From positions 2,542,001 to 2,606,000 of the forward strand of contig JAYWIR010000028.1 of the NCBI GenBank assembly GCA_036172245.1: a stretch of DNA of 64,000 nt. The letters are read 5' to 3'. The stretch comes from Raillietiella orientalis (taxonomy: Eukaryota). A program made the position numbers and the translations under genes. Position 1 is the first letter of the stretch. Each line of letters begins with the position of its first letter. The notes beneath the pieces were generated by a model that made no database searches, was not told where the DNA came from, and saw nothing but the letters and a program-made list of their open reading frames with translations. Below, piece after piece: positions 25,278 to 38,599 of the stretch.

Positions 25278-25980
25278 CACCCGGTTTTGTCGGAGCCTCC
25301 ATTATTAAAGAAAATAATAACAAAAGTGCAGCTCAAATATTTAATTGTGTTGAAACACGTGGTTTCACCACGTGCGCAGAACTTGCCGTGACCTACACGT
25401 AGACTGGTCAGGTCCGTTCCCACAGCGACGAAGAAGGAAAAACCGGAGAAAAAAAGAAACAAACAAGAAGAGAAAAAACCGAAGGACAAGTTTCGTTGAG
25501 GATTACTTTTCGCTGGGATGCGTCCTCAGCATCCTATTCAGGATGCTGGCAAGTTTTGTCCATATAGTGCCCAGGTGGAGTCATCTCGAGGCAGTCTTCA
25601 AGAAGATCATCGCCCAGAGGATGGCGCCCCTTTCATTTAGGCCTCTTCTTCTGGCTTTCCACGCCGTCACGATCCCGCAAAGACAGCAGAGAACTGCAAG
25701 GGACGTGGCTGGAGGCAGTGCGGCACTCGCGAAGAGGTGTTTGCAAATGTCCCTGGGACCGACGACCGGGATTCCTAAAGTTATCGAGAGGCGATCCCAA
25801 AGGGGACGGAGGGCGGCACAATCTAGCACAAGGTGCGAGAAGGTCTCCTTCTCGCTGCATCGGCCTCCCCCGTGTCCAACGATAGTGTGCCTTGCACGGG
25901 ATTCCTCAATGCGACACCAGCAACATCAACTCCCGCCACTCGAGGGGGAGTGTGCCACTGTTCCAGCACGCTGGGGATCA
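25278..25980 (-). mobile_element. 5'-truncated copy of the Tx1/L1-like LINE (ORF2 C-terminus and 3' UTR)
   Basis: LDCAALRPLWDRL..SLAVLCCLCGIVTAW..KTASR aligns with ORF 16055-16492; terminal hairpin motif at 25278-25306. Confidence 0.85.
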
Positions 25981-28900
25981 TCACTTCACCTCCTCCGTAG
26001 GCATCGCGAGCAGCTCTCCCCAGCGTACAAGTCCTTCTGGAGGGACATTCGGGGTCGCAGTGTTCGTGAGCTACCGAGTTGTCCACGCACATAAAAAAGG
26101 CACCATCGCTGATGGCGTACGGCTTCGTCATTGCCGATTGCTGTGCTGTTTGGTTGCATGAGATGGCCCTTGGCCATGCTTTCAGTAGAGTAATTGGACG
26201 CAGCATAAGAAACAAAGGGAGAACAGACGATCAAGGGAACACAAATGGGCATTAGAATGCTGAGTTGTCGGGCAGAGATCGAAAGCGAAAATGCCCTTAG
26301 GCAGACGCAACAAATCCCATCAACGAGCATTCTAGAAGGTTTCGTTTGAGGAAGAATGTTCGCAACTCGCTCGAAAGATGAATCAGCTGGAGGAATGGAT
26401 GCTGGACTGAATTGAGATTACTGGATTTCATAGGAGACAAGACAACTTATGAGGGATCTCCGCCATGTTGTTCACACCGGGAAGTGCTCTTCGCCGATAC
26501 TCCTGTGAGGAGTATTCGTCTCTCAGAATTCCTAGACTCATGAATCATTATGCTCAAACAAAATGAATAGTAACAGACGTATCCATGCCAGCTGGCAGAC
26601 GTTGTCTTGAGTCACGAGAGTCCTGTTTATCCTGGTTGCAAACCGTACGATGAATCAACACTCTGGGTTCCAGCTGGAAGCTCAAGATTCCCATGCTAAA
26701 ATTGTGGATATTAGCACATTTTTTAGCGGGGGTCTGGATCGAATTGTGTTGGTATCAGGGGTTCCTCAAAATCCTCCCGCTTCTCCGTTGAGGTAGGAAA
26801 GACGTTATGGAAAGAGAAAACGAGGAAAGGCTCCTTAGCCCTTCCATGGAAAATTTTCTCCTTTCGTGGGATCGAAAGCAGAGCACCCGGCGTTTCGGCA
26901 GCTCTGACGAGGTGATACCGAAGGTGGACTCGGGTTCGGCGGGTTCCGTCCGATGGAAAACCGGAAAAAATCTCTCCGTAGCTGAGTGGCAAAAGAGCGA
27001 AAACCTCGGAGACAGAATTTTCCAGAGCGGCTCCCGGGCCGTGAGCGAGGGATGATCACGATAACGAAACGCTAAATCCCCATCCAGCCAGATGCAATGA
27101 CGACCCCGTCATTCAACTCCCGAAAGAGCCTCTCCCTCCGACAAAAGAAGAAACGATCACAGAATCTGGAGCTTCTTCGATAATTTCCCCTCCGACCGAT
27201 TCGTAACGATGGAGACCATAAAAGCCTGGAATGAAAGTGGAGATTTGGTTGGGGTGAACTGGAGCATCCGCAAATGGCGACGGTGATGGGTGCTATTCGC
27301 AAACGTGAGAAACAGTGCATTTCATCCTGAAGCCACTTCCAGCACGTGACATGTCCGGACCCGCAGCATGTGCTTTTCACCTCAGCTGCCTCCAAAGGAA
27401 GCTGTGTTTACGTGCTCGTAGTTTAAGAGTGGGAATCCGGTCCTTACAGAGTTCAAGTGGTAAGGAAAGATGCGATATGTTGCTGGGCTATTTGCGAACG
27501 TCCATCGACGGACGTTGCGTGCGTCAAAGGCAAGAAGGATTTAATTACAGATTTAGTTTTCACCGTGACCTGGAGCACGCCCAGGGGAATCGCCCTGGCT
27601 GTTTGCGCTGCTTGCGGTGAAGGTGAAAGAAGAAGAAGCACAGAAGAGGTCTCCTCTGTTTAGCAATCTTCCGTTGTTAAATCCAAATTCCTTCACTTGA
27701 AATCTCTTGAGGGCATTCTCTGGGCCCAAAGCTCATAGGAGCAGTGGTGGCAATCGGTGGCACGCGTGCCACTTTCTTCGAGCGAGAAAGTCTTGCTGGC
27801 TCACGGCACATCCAAGAACATCTTTTTATTCCATCAGATTTCCACTGTTGGCTCGTGAGATGCTATTTTGTTCTTTGTCCGGAAGTTTTGTACCGATACG
27901 TGGCGAACTCTGCTGCTAAGGAAGGTAACTGAGAACGAATGGGCCATTTGTCTGTGTTGTCTCAGTGTCGTACTCTGAGACTGCCTCGAGGTGGTCATTA
28001 GATAAGTGTTCAATATTGCAGTCTGTGGATTTGGACCAATGACACGACCTATCTGTGAAAACTTGTATGGGGATCGGTTTTATTTTCACCTACCTCCTTG
28101 GTATGTTAATTACTTAATTGGTGTTGATTTCCTTATTATTATTTTGGTTTTCGATTTTTATTTGAAAAGAATCAGCCTTACAAATGGTGCGACAAAAGTA
28201 ATAAATATGTTCAAGTACACTGAATAATTGTATTTCCATCTATAAATTAAATGTTTATCGCATCATCCATATGCTCCTGTTTCCATATGATGTATCGTAA
28301 AAATCACATACAAAATGTGCTAAGCAGCAATTTTAGAGAACCTCAAAAATAAATGGATTATCCAAAAAAAAAATGTTTACGTTTTTGGGCACCGCGATAT
28401 GCGCACTTCTGCCAGATGTTGCTCATCTTCCCGCTCCAGGAATTTTGGGTTTGCCATCACCGCTAGGACGATCGTTGGAGAATCCAGAAATAGAGGGAAT
28501 AGCGCGAGAGAAATCAGACGTGGAGATAAATGGGCACAAAGGCTCAGATATCGGAGAATGCAGACGCCGTCGGCCCATCAGTGGGAAATCCAATACGCTG
28601 ACCCTTCCTCCGTGTTTCCCCACCTTCGAAAGCTGGCGGAACATCTTCCAAGGATGGCAGGTGTGGCCGTGAGAAGGGAAGTCGGTACGTGAAGAGAACG
28701 GGATGATGAAATCTCCGCTCGATTCATTGTCTCCGCGTACAGCATACCATCATCCGCGTTGCCGCTTGAGTCTAAGAAAATCTAGAAAAGATGAACGTAC
28801 CGCGAAAGAAAGCATTCCGAGTACGAAAACAGTCTACATATCATGTGGGATCTCTGACCTTCTTCGTAAAGCTGGCTAAAGGCCATCCATGTATTGGATA

Positions 28901-29825
28901 ATGTGCAGGATCGCTACTTCAGCTCAAGAGTAGCAGTAGCAGAACCATCTGCAGGATTGCTTTTCTGAAGAAAATTCAAGAAAAATGAGACTGAAAATGT
29001 CGATTGTTATCTGAGTCTGGAAGATAACCATGAATTACGGGAAAAATAAACGCAGGATGCACATGAAAACGGAAGCCTCACGAAACATCCAGCGTTAGTC
29101 AAGGAAAGCACTGTCCACTCCGAAGAAAACGGAGGCGCTCGATTTCGAGAAGCTAAAGTTACGTATCCGCATGATGAGAAAACATCTCGGAAAAGATAAG
29201 GGAGGATCGACCTCCAGTAAGCCAGCCAGCAAATTGGCTTGTCTGAACTCTTAAGAAGTAAATCATACTCGCTGAGAGGAAAAAGAATGGAGCTGCATGC
29301 GAAGGAATAGGCAAGCGGCATCATAGCCCGGAACTCAAGGCATTTTAGAAACCGCGGAAGTCGGTTTCTGTAAATTCCTGGATCTGGAACGGAGGCGGAC
29401 TCCCTACCTCCCTTTCTGGAGCCCTCTCAAACCGCACCACAGAAAATCCCAGCCCTTCCGATTGAATTTTCCTCAAGAACGTGGGGAAGCAACCGCGCGG
29501 AACAAGGGCGTTTTTGCGAAACTTGTAGGTCTTCGGAAAGCCAATCGCCTCTTTGGCTGCAATGACGCAACTCGTGCCGTAGGGCGTGGAAGATCAAACG
29601 TGGACTCCGCAAGCAAGCATACCCTTCATTTTGGAACCTTATGAAATCGTGCCGTCGCTCGCACGGCTTCTGCAGTGACCCCTGTCCGTTCGGTCCAACT
29701 TCGACAATCTCCACTCCACGGCCACTGGCGGCCACACACATCTCCGAACGGTTATACGTGGAACATGCCGTTGGAACACACGTAATGCTGGAGCCTCAGA
29801 AAAATCTGTATGGTCCATTGCCCGC

Positions 29826-30340
29826 GTCGGAGGCCGTGTGGTTACGGTGGTCTCTGCGTGTGGCACCACGAAGAGTCGCGGGTTCGAATACTCCGAAGGA
29901 ATGGGCACATTGCGTCGTGGATTCCCAGTTCACCCCACAGGATGACGCTGGTTGGCCTACATTCATCCGGGTGCGGCACTGGCAGCGGCTGAAACCGGAT
30001 GCCCCCCGATGAGGGCCGGGACAAATGGGAGCCTCCGGGTGCTTCCAGCAATCACGGAGTGGGGGCTCCCCTCCGGTTGTGAAGGAGCGAACCCCCCATT
30101 CCGGGGGGGACCTCTCCTCGTCGTACTGATGGAGTAGGTGTGTCGCCACCACCTGTCCAGAGAGTGCAGAGAAGCGCGCCTATCCCTCCGGGGATTCTGC
30201 GTCCTTCCGGATTTCGGAGGCATCCCTTTTGGGTTCTCTTCAGAAGAGTAAAAGCAGGAGCGGATCCCTTGCGGGGGATCCCTCCGGAGAAGAAATTCCA
30301 GGATCGGATCCTTTCCGGGTTCCCTTCAGAGAAGAAGCTT
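29826..30340 (+). mobile_element. SINE-like element copy B (tRNA head plus hairpin array)
   Basis: B-box GGTTCGAAT at 29881, GATGACGCTGGTTGGCCT at 29941, GGGTGCGGCACTGG, then the hairpin units. Confidence 0.85.
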
Positions 30341-32616
30341 TCAACTTGAACTAAACAGCAATGGAACGCAGGCATTTCGACGTCGTTTGTGGAGGAGGAA
30401 AAGCGTTAGTGAATATTTGCACAGCTGTAACAGAATTCCTGGCTGCGTGTCTCGGAAAATCTCTTCTCGCTCTGAAGACTGAAGATTGCACATCTGAAAC
30501 TTTTGTTGTTGTTTTTTTGGAGAAATTGCACGCGCACTTGCTTGAGGCAAGCTTGGTTTTTGAAACGGCTTACTGAAATCCTCCTTTTCCTCGTTTGAAA
30601 CACGTTCCCCCCCGCCCACCCACCCTTTTTTTCTTTCTTTTCCCAACGCAGGTTCTTGTAGATATTGAAGAGCTTTTCAATCGAGGCTGTGGTATTTCTT
30701 TGGAACGCTCTCTTTAGCCTCATTCCTTCGCCGTGATGGGAACGGAGCGATCCGAGCACCCGTTTCCGGGTGTATGTGATCGATTTCCCCCCTTTAATAT
30801 TCACTTGGAGTAATACAAGGAATACGTTAGTCCTTGCTTTCGTGCTATAGACGTGCTAGGAAAATATGATATCATTTTCCAGAGTTGGGAGTCGTGCTGG
30901 GTTTCAATAAACGATCAATAATTATCTTTTGGCATTTTGATTCCTGCTGGCGATCCTGCTCACGGAAGTTTCGTGAGTGCTCCCTCCTCCCTTCTAGCAG
31001 TCAAATTCGCTCCAGAGGGAATGCAAGCAAATCGTGAAGGGTTCAAGTAAGCATCAAAGGGTATCGGAAGTTTTTTGCTTCTTTTGTTTCTGTTTGTTTT
31101 TTTCGTTTTTGCCCAAGGAAAAATTTCGAGTTCCTTTCATAAAACTCTGGAATGCGAAGCCTCCGCCTCAACATCGAGGGAGAGTTACGAGGAGAAAAGG
31201 ATATTCTGCAAGTGGAAAATGCCCGACTTGGCATCCCTGATTTGGCACATCGTTTTTTACAGGGATGCGAATACCGATGCTTGTTTGCTGCTACCACATT
31301 TCGAGAACGCAGTGGCGACTTACTTACTTACTTACTTACTTGCGTGGTATTCATCCGAACAGTAAACTTACTAGCTGATCTTGTATTGCACCTTTCTTCA
31401 TATTTTGGAACATCGGCACCGTGCAAGAGCGATTCCAGAAAATAACAAGAAAGCATCTCGGTTGTTGCTATACTAATGATGAAAAGTCTGCGTTACTTTG
31501 AAAGAATACAGTAAACTGAACACAAATTTTGTCATTATAATTTCTCACATGTTCTCTTATCGAAGATTCCGTCATTCTTCTGTCACGAATGCGCCATTCC
31601 GGAAAAGAATAGATTCTCCCAGAGTTACTGCACAATTATATATATCACTTTCTTCATCGATACGTATGTGTTCGGTAGTGCATAGTGAGTATCTGTTTCT
31701 AAGTACGTAGTTATACAGTCGTGTATCCGTGAGAAGATGTGATCAACATATATATATACGTATGCGTATGCGTATGTGCAGTAGTCAAGCACTTACACCT
31801 TTCACCCCCAATATGCGTAGAATGCTCTCTCTCCCAGTCAAACGCGGTGGTATTCGAGAATCTTCTGTAGTTAATACATTTCATCATCAAAATTCCTGTT
31901 CACCAGATCCATGAACGTTGAAAGGGTTCAATAGCAGGAATCACGGATATTCTTCACCGATAAGCCCAGAAGAATTCCTTGGTGTAGGGGAACATCGCAC
32001 GGAAGGGGTCTTCAAGCAGTTTTATTGATAATAAAGTTCTTGTAGAAGCACTTGAAGGAAGGTACTCTTGACACAGAACTCGTAATCGATGAAGTCTCCT
32101 TTACATCAAAGGAACATAAGCAAGTACTTAATAATAGGCGAGCACCCATGTGAAGACTTCAAAGTCGGCTCTCGAGTTCCGCATACTGTCTTGGAATAGG
32201 TCCTGTCACTTGTAGTTTGGAAAATCCCAAGAAAAATGGCTTTGTCAGCTGAGTCGCTGTGCTGTCTGGGCATTCTTTTCGGTCATGCTTGTTACTCCCA
32301 CACGACAGTGGGAGGGCAACTGAAAATAGGCTTCAGAAGAATCGAGGATGATGGGCTAGAAACTGAGAAGGCTACCGCAGCACTTTCCTTTCGTTCTTCC
32401 GTTGTCATCACTGGAGACCTCAAGAGCGCACTGATGAAGACGCCGTGATGGGAATCAGGGAGAATGCAGAATCTTCTCTCACTCTTAAGAATGGAGACAC
32501 AGCAAGTTAACTCTGCCAACAAAAGGATCGTCTGCTCCTTCATGAATGGAGGTGAAGACTGAAAAGTCTCTGCAAAGAGAGGTTTTTTATTACTACTCCG
32601 AAGACTGTTGCATTTT

Positions 32617-35600
32617 CATCCGGTCACACCGGAGCGTTTATTGTAAAAAAATATCTACAAAAAAAACACAGTCATATGCAAGATAAGGAATGTCTTCCTT
32701 CGTAGTGGTTTCACATCACCATTACGAAGGGAGGTGCCTCGGAGGCCCTGCTTCTCGTGAACAGCTTCGCAATGAGGTTCGCACAGGAGAAGGGGGGGAG
32801 GGAAGGTAAACAGACGAAAAAACACCAGAGTTAAAAGGTTTAAAAATGTTTGGGAGAGAGAGAGTGAAGGGATCGCAGATTCCTTCCTGGCGTCCTCAGC
32901 AACCTCTTGAGTATGTTGGTAATTTCCTCCTTTTCTTAGCAGAGAAGTGGTCATCTTGTCGCCTCCCTCATGAAGAAGCAGATGACTGGGATGACCTCAC
33001 CGTATGACTGGCCTCTTCCAGCGCTGCTTCTCACCGCCCCGATCCCACAAAGGCAACACAAAGGTGCAGGGAAAGCTGCAGGAGACTTCGCGTCGCGCGC
33101 AAAGAAGCACCGCAAAACCTCTTTGCGGATTGCCCATCGGGAGTGGAAGAGCGGCAACAAAGTGTTCCCGGACATTCAGGAGGGCAAGGCAATCCAACAA
33201 CAGGTGCGGGAAGGTTTCCCCGTTTCCCACACCTGGCATAGCCTATGGCCGCACTCTCCCTCGTCCACTGGTTGACTCGTGCGTTGCTGGGATCGCCCGG
33301 TGCAACAACTACAACGTCGAGTCCTGCCACTTCAGGGGAAGCGAGAGATGTCTACTGCATAGGCAACGAGGAGAATGAGAGTTGATAATTCTCAGGTCTG
33401 TTGCGTAGTTGGAGAGTTGGGGAGATGCACAGAGGCAAACTCGTGCCTTCTCATCGAGATCCAGTCATCTTCCATCTTACCTATCCCTAAATCATTCCTG
33501 GGAGCTCCCTCGCGAGGCTCGAACATCCTGTAAATCTGGGGTTCTCAAGGGCAATCGCCTAAAGAGACTTCCACCAGGCAGGCCCACAGTGTTTTCTCGT
33601 CTCTCTTGGACACTCGAGAGACTTCGATCAGCGCGAGCTAGGAGCTTTCCCAGGATGTAACAACGTTGGACCTGAGAGATCCACAACCCTCGCAGTCAGG
33701 AAAAGTACCAAGGACCACCACCCGCATCACGTCCCGTTCCTCTGATACTTTCCAGCCTCTTTCAGTTAACGGGCCCGGCCCGCTGGTCGCCAGAGTCACT
33801 TTTATCCTCCGGAAAGCCGCTCTTCTTTCTGGGGCAGCATTGGAACCACAACGAGGCTTGCAGGAAGAACGCAGGCAAAAGAAACCTGCGGCTCAGTGAG
33901 GCGCCTGACGCCGCCCTGGTTAGAAGTTTCCGTCCTCAGGAGCACACGGGCGAGTAGAGGTGCCACCGGCCCCTAATTCTGCAAGGAGGGGCTTGAGGGA
34001 CACGGAGAGAGACAAATGCAAACTTGCCTGCTTGACTCCCTCGGGACACTGGAACGCCCCGAGTTTCAGTCGAGCTACGGACGCGCTGACCGAACACCTT
34101 TAATGCGTTTACCAACCAGCTGGAGCCGCGAGCCGCGAAGGAGGTGGGAAGGGATGCAATTCACGAACGAGCTTTCCAAGGATGGGGAGGAAGCAGTGGA
34201 TGGTGACGAGGTCAGCGTCCTCTGTCCGGCGCTCCAGGAGCAGAAGGCAAACCCACGAGCCACTGCTCAACCGGAGCACCCTCCACCACTGATGCAGCTC
34301 CGAGCACAAAATGCGCAGACTAAAGTCCGGCTGTGGAGTTCCCTCCTCCCCTTCCCTTCCCGAGTGTGCGGAGAAGGAGAACCCGAGCTCCGCCGAGAAG
34401 TGGGAATAAATCCCTCGACTCCTATGACGAAGGGACAACCACGGTGAGAGTAAACTCATGGAACCGCAGGGGAGCTTCGAGTAAGACGCGATCCCTCGGC
34501 TCACGCCTCCTTCGCAAGCCCCGGCGGAAAGAGCACATTCCCAGAGTCCAGAAAAAGTGGCTTCGCACTTGGGATTCCCAGAAGTTCGATACTGCTTGGT
34601 CGTCCCCTTTTCGAGAAGACCTCCTTTGGAGTCCTCGCCCCAAGATATATTAGAAGCCCTCCCCGGTTCCTCATCGCGGACTCGTCCCCCTCCTCCATCC
34701 CCCAGTGGTCCGCCCAAATCATCCACGGAGCGCGCAGTCTTCCCGGCGCTCCCGGCAGTCGCTCTCTGGTGACCGGACGCCGGAGGAAAATTCCGCCTTC
34801 TGCTATCAGGTTGCCCTCTCACTTCTTAGGCTCGTTTCGGGGAGCGAGCTGCCGCTTCCCACCCTGACAAAGTCGCTGTTATCTTTAGGACGACCGCAAT
34901 GCATCCCCCTACCTCAATCACCCCTTCGAGCTGGCAGTCCTATCACCGAAGCGGTAATCCCGGCACTCCTGCTGCTGCTGCTCTCTGAATCCGCCTGCCT
35001 CCCGCAGGTTGCATGGACTCGCGTGCCTTGTAATCGTCCTCTCTGGTGCGTCTGGACGCGTGCAGGTTCCCTTCTTAACGGACTTCCTAGAGGTAGTCCT
35101 GTGTGACAGTGCGGCAGACAAGCTTCCCTTTCACTCTTCAGGTTGTCTTTGTATGTCCCACGGAGGAACTTGGCACTTACTCCCCCCCCTCTCTCCTCCT
35201 AAGGAGGGAGGAAGTGCTGAACAACCTGCTGTGGAGTGCTTTTTCCAGACGTGCTGTCGCATTCGTCCCGAAAAAGCAGCCCTCCACCAGCAGGTTGTCG
35301 CGCGCATAGCTTGGTACTTCGTGGTCATCCTCTCTTCCATCTTCACAGAGGGGCTTTCTTCTTTCCCATCATCTTGAGGCTTTGGCATCGTTTACGGCCT
35401 AGACATCATCGAGGGGTAGTCGGCCCCTCGCGCCGCTGGCATCCTCTTGTTCTCGGCTAAGTTGGCGGGAGCACCGGACGCGCATAGTTTGCTTTTCTTG
35501 GCGCTCCTGGTATTCCGCCTTCGACACCGTTAGCAGTGCCCGACGAACGCACCCTCCGGCATCCAGCTGTTTCTCGTGGTCCTTCGGCAACTTTCAACTC

Positions 35601-36530
35601 ACGGAGGACGGCATTTTGAAGTCCGAATTGCTGCCAGCCCTCATCTTCACCTCTCGCATCAGGATGGCCCTTGAGGCGCAGGATGGTCGGGGCGGCTGCC
35701 TCGCAGTGAACCTCATGTTCGCTCCAGGATATAGACACGCCCTTCTCCTAACTTGTGGGTGAGACCGTATCCGTGCGAGGACTCGAGTCACCCTCGGTCA
35801 ACCTTCCTCTTGCTAACGGCGACACGGGCGCTCGAGTTACCCTTCCCCCTCCAGACAGAACAAAGTCAGTCTCTTCGAGAGCATCGTCGTCATAGACGAC
35901 CGTCTCACGGTCACCCTGGAAGCCTCTCGTTTCCATGAGGCGCGGAGAATGTACGAAAGCAATCGGCTATTGGAGCTCGCCAGTCCATGACCAACGACTT
36001 TGCGTTTCGAAGTTTGTTTTGCCGCGAGTGCAAATTTTCTTGGGACCGAACGGACCCCGTCGCCACTGTCCTTCCGAGAGAGCGGAAAACACGTCTCGGA
36101 TGATGATGACCCTCTAACGCCGGGCCAAACGGAGCGTCTTTGAGATTGGCTCGACCCCCGTAGTCGCCATCCTCCAGCTGGCGAAAACCCCGGAGCGGGC
36201 TGCGGGCTGCTTGCTGTCCCACAAAAGCCTCCGCTGCTCCCCAACTCCTCCTCCCCCAAGTGCGGAAGTGCTCGTTATCGCGCTCTTGTTCTCTCGGTGA
36301 TGCCTTGCCTCCGAGGGGGACGTGCCGTAGCGCATCCCGTTGGGGCGGCTGATTCCCACTCTCCCACACATACGTCCGCTTTCCCTTACGCGAGCGATGA
36401 CGTTGTAAGTTCCTCCCTTGCGTGAGCACATGCGTCTACGATGCGCATGACGCACGTGCACACGCACGCACCTCGTGCGAGAGAACGCACATTTCCATGT
36501 TCGCAACACGAGAGCCTCGTGCTCGACGTG
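32617..36530 (-). mobile_element. Older, more diverged member of the Tx1/L1-like LINE family (ORF1, endonuclease and RT remnants, C-terminal zinc finger, 3' terminal hairpin)
   Basis: ETFPHLLLDC and LCCLCGI match the 16.1-16.4 kb region; terminal AATAAACGCTCCGGTGTGACCGGATG at 32617-32642; weak APE-like (LLIY, GDDQ, SRD) and ORF1-like remnants upstream; 5' boundary uncertain. Confidence 0.65.
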
Positions 36531-36960
36531 CGCATCGGGCGGCAGGAACATCTCTAGGCATTCGACGACCTACGATACTAGCTGACTTCCTTGGACGAGC
36601 GCACCCACAGCACCGTGAAGCAGTTACCATGAGCACCGACATGACCCAGATGACTCTGACTTTCTGCTCTGCATCTCAGCGTAGCTGATTCAATCAGCCA
36701 GCACTATCTCAACCACCGTGAGGTCGAGGTCGCTCATCTGTGCTCGGAGAAGGCCTCATTCGTTCATCCGCCTCAACAGCCTCTCCGGAGAACGTGCGCC
36801 GAGAGGAAAACGCCCATTCGAGGGGAGGAGGGATGAGTTTTTCCGCAGCCAGTCTCTCCCTCTGGCAGTACGTGTCCTTCCGGGATCGGCCGGAGAAAAC
36901 GGTGGGACCGATCGCCACTGGTTGTGGCGTGCGAGCTCCCTTCCCCTTTCTTCTTCCACC

Positions 36961-37290
36961 TTAGAGGCAATTCCTGAGGAGAGTATCAACCAGCTCCATG
37001 GTACGCTATCGTACGGATCCATTTTCACCACCGGAGGGAAACTCCGTAGGGAACCACCTCCTTGACTCTTGCGAAGACCCTGGAGGATCAATTTCTAATC
37101 CCGGCCGATTAAGGGGGGCATCCGGCTTGCACTGGTGCCGCACCTAGAGTCTCCAGGTCAACCAGCGTTATCCTGTGGATAGGACTCGAAACCCACGATG
37201 CATCCCCCATTTCCCGGTGTCGACCTTTCACGCAGGGATTCGAACCCGCAATGCTTCGCACAACGCGCTGAGAATACACGGCCGCCGATG
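36961..37290 (-). mobile_element. SINE-like element copy C
   Basis: Minus strand GCGGGTTCGAATCCC, a second B-box-like GGGTTTCGAGTCC, and GATAACGCTGGTTG; body collinear with 50365-50560. Confidence 0.85.
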
Positions 37291-38599
37291 AGGGCGAGGC
37301 TTCCTTCCGGGGTCCATCCTGCCGCGCAAGGGAGGGTAGGTGGGAAGAGAGAGATGACGGTGCGGTGAAGGAGGAATTTTCCAGGTATCTTTTGATCACA
37401 GCGTTGGATCGAGCGAAGAAGGGCGCCTCGTCCAGCCTTCTTCGCCACCGAGACAGATGGTGCCTTCAACGCAGCACCCACTGGGGAGGCGCCAGAGCCC
37501 TTCCTCACGTGCTTCCTAGATGCACCAGGAGGGAGCGAGAACTGTCGAGTTTCGCATTGGGCGTCGAAACTCGAGACTTGCCCGAATGAATGTTCATCCC
37601 TTCCATCCGCCTTCTCTCTGGAAATCTTCGGCTCCTCCCGGGAGGAGGTGAAAGCCGAAATGGAGGAAGAGTGCCGCCATCATTCCCATGAGCCATTCCC
37701 AGTCGCTGCGAACTGCGGAGGAATGGCCCCAACTGGGACGTGAAACACCAGGAAGCCTCGGGTTGATTGTGGTTGGACTTGCTCGGAACCCGCAATAGGA
37801 GGAGCCTCGTTCCTTCCACTCCCGTCCCTGCAGAAAGCCCCTGGAAATCACGCTTATCATCTAATTCCTATTTACTTCTTCACCGTTCATTTCCTCTCTG
37901 GTTCTGTCTCCAGTGAGGTTTGAGTCATTTGTTTTTGAGTAGGGCTGCGTCCGACCGTGTCGGACACTTCCTTGGATCGAAGACTGGGAATGAAGAGTGC
38001 CCTCCGCTCGTTGTCCTCATGAATTCCCGGACGTTCTGAGGATTCTATTTGTTTATTTCAAATAGATGGTCAGAACATCCAGGATGAGAAGGTACCTTCT
38101 GCTCTTGGAAGAAATGGTAGCAGCAACGCGCGTTCCATCTCCAGCACGAGCAGGGAGAGCACACCGATGAATGTCTTCCTCTTCTTGAAATCCCTCAACG
38201 CCTAACAGTAACGATTCTTTCGAACTGGAACGCTTCCAGAAAGAATCCTGCTCTCCTGCGTCGACAGCGCTCTAACACTGAATCAGAGGAAAGAGCAGAA
38301 TGTTCTTGCAATTTCAGCGTTTATCCCGATTCCGTCTCCCTCTGAGATCCATCCCTTCTCCGACATAGGCTGACACAGAACAGGAATGAAAGCCCTACAC
38401 TCAAGTGGGTGACTGCGCGATGACTTTGTGGCCAAAACTTTTCTTGCGAAACGCACATGACTGTCGCGATTCAGAGCCGCCACCTTTGTTTTTGCCTTTT
38501 TTGGAATGCCATGGTGATGAATGGAAGCAGGAAATGGAGAATCGAGAACTGTCCGACGTCTGTCAATCTTGTTAACTTATTCCAGGGGTGCGATGATTT

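Noticed and set aside
26880..26930. Hammerhead-like CTGACGA-GGT-GAT-ACC-GAAG
   Set aside because: GAAG instead of GAAA, and no correctly placed NUH cleavage site or stem III.
28400..28800. QYADP (RT-like) or BEL integrase-like PPCFPTF
   Set aside because: Conflicting single motifs; insufficient support for either call.
29826..29900. Functional tRNA genes at the B-box sites (also 16.8, 37.2, 42.5, 49.1 and 50.6 kb)
   Set aside because: No intact cloverleaf could be drawn; all continue into the same repeat body, so they are SINE heads.
31950..32150. Penelope-like RT motif CSFDVK on the minus strand
   Set aside because: No convincing downstream MGSP or YVDD motifs.
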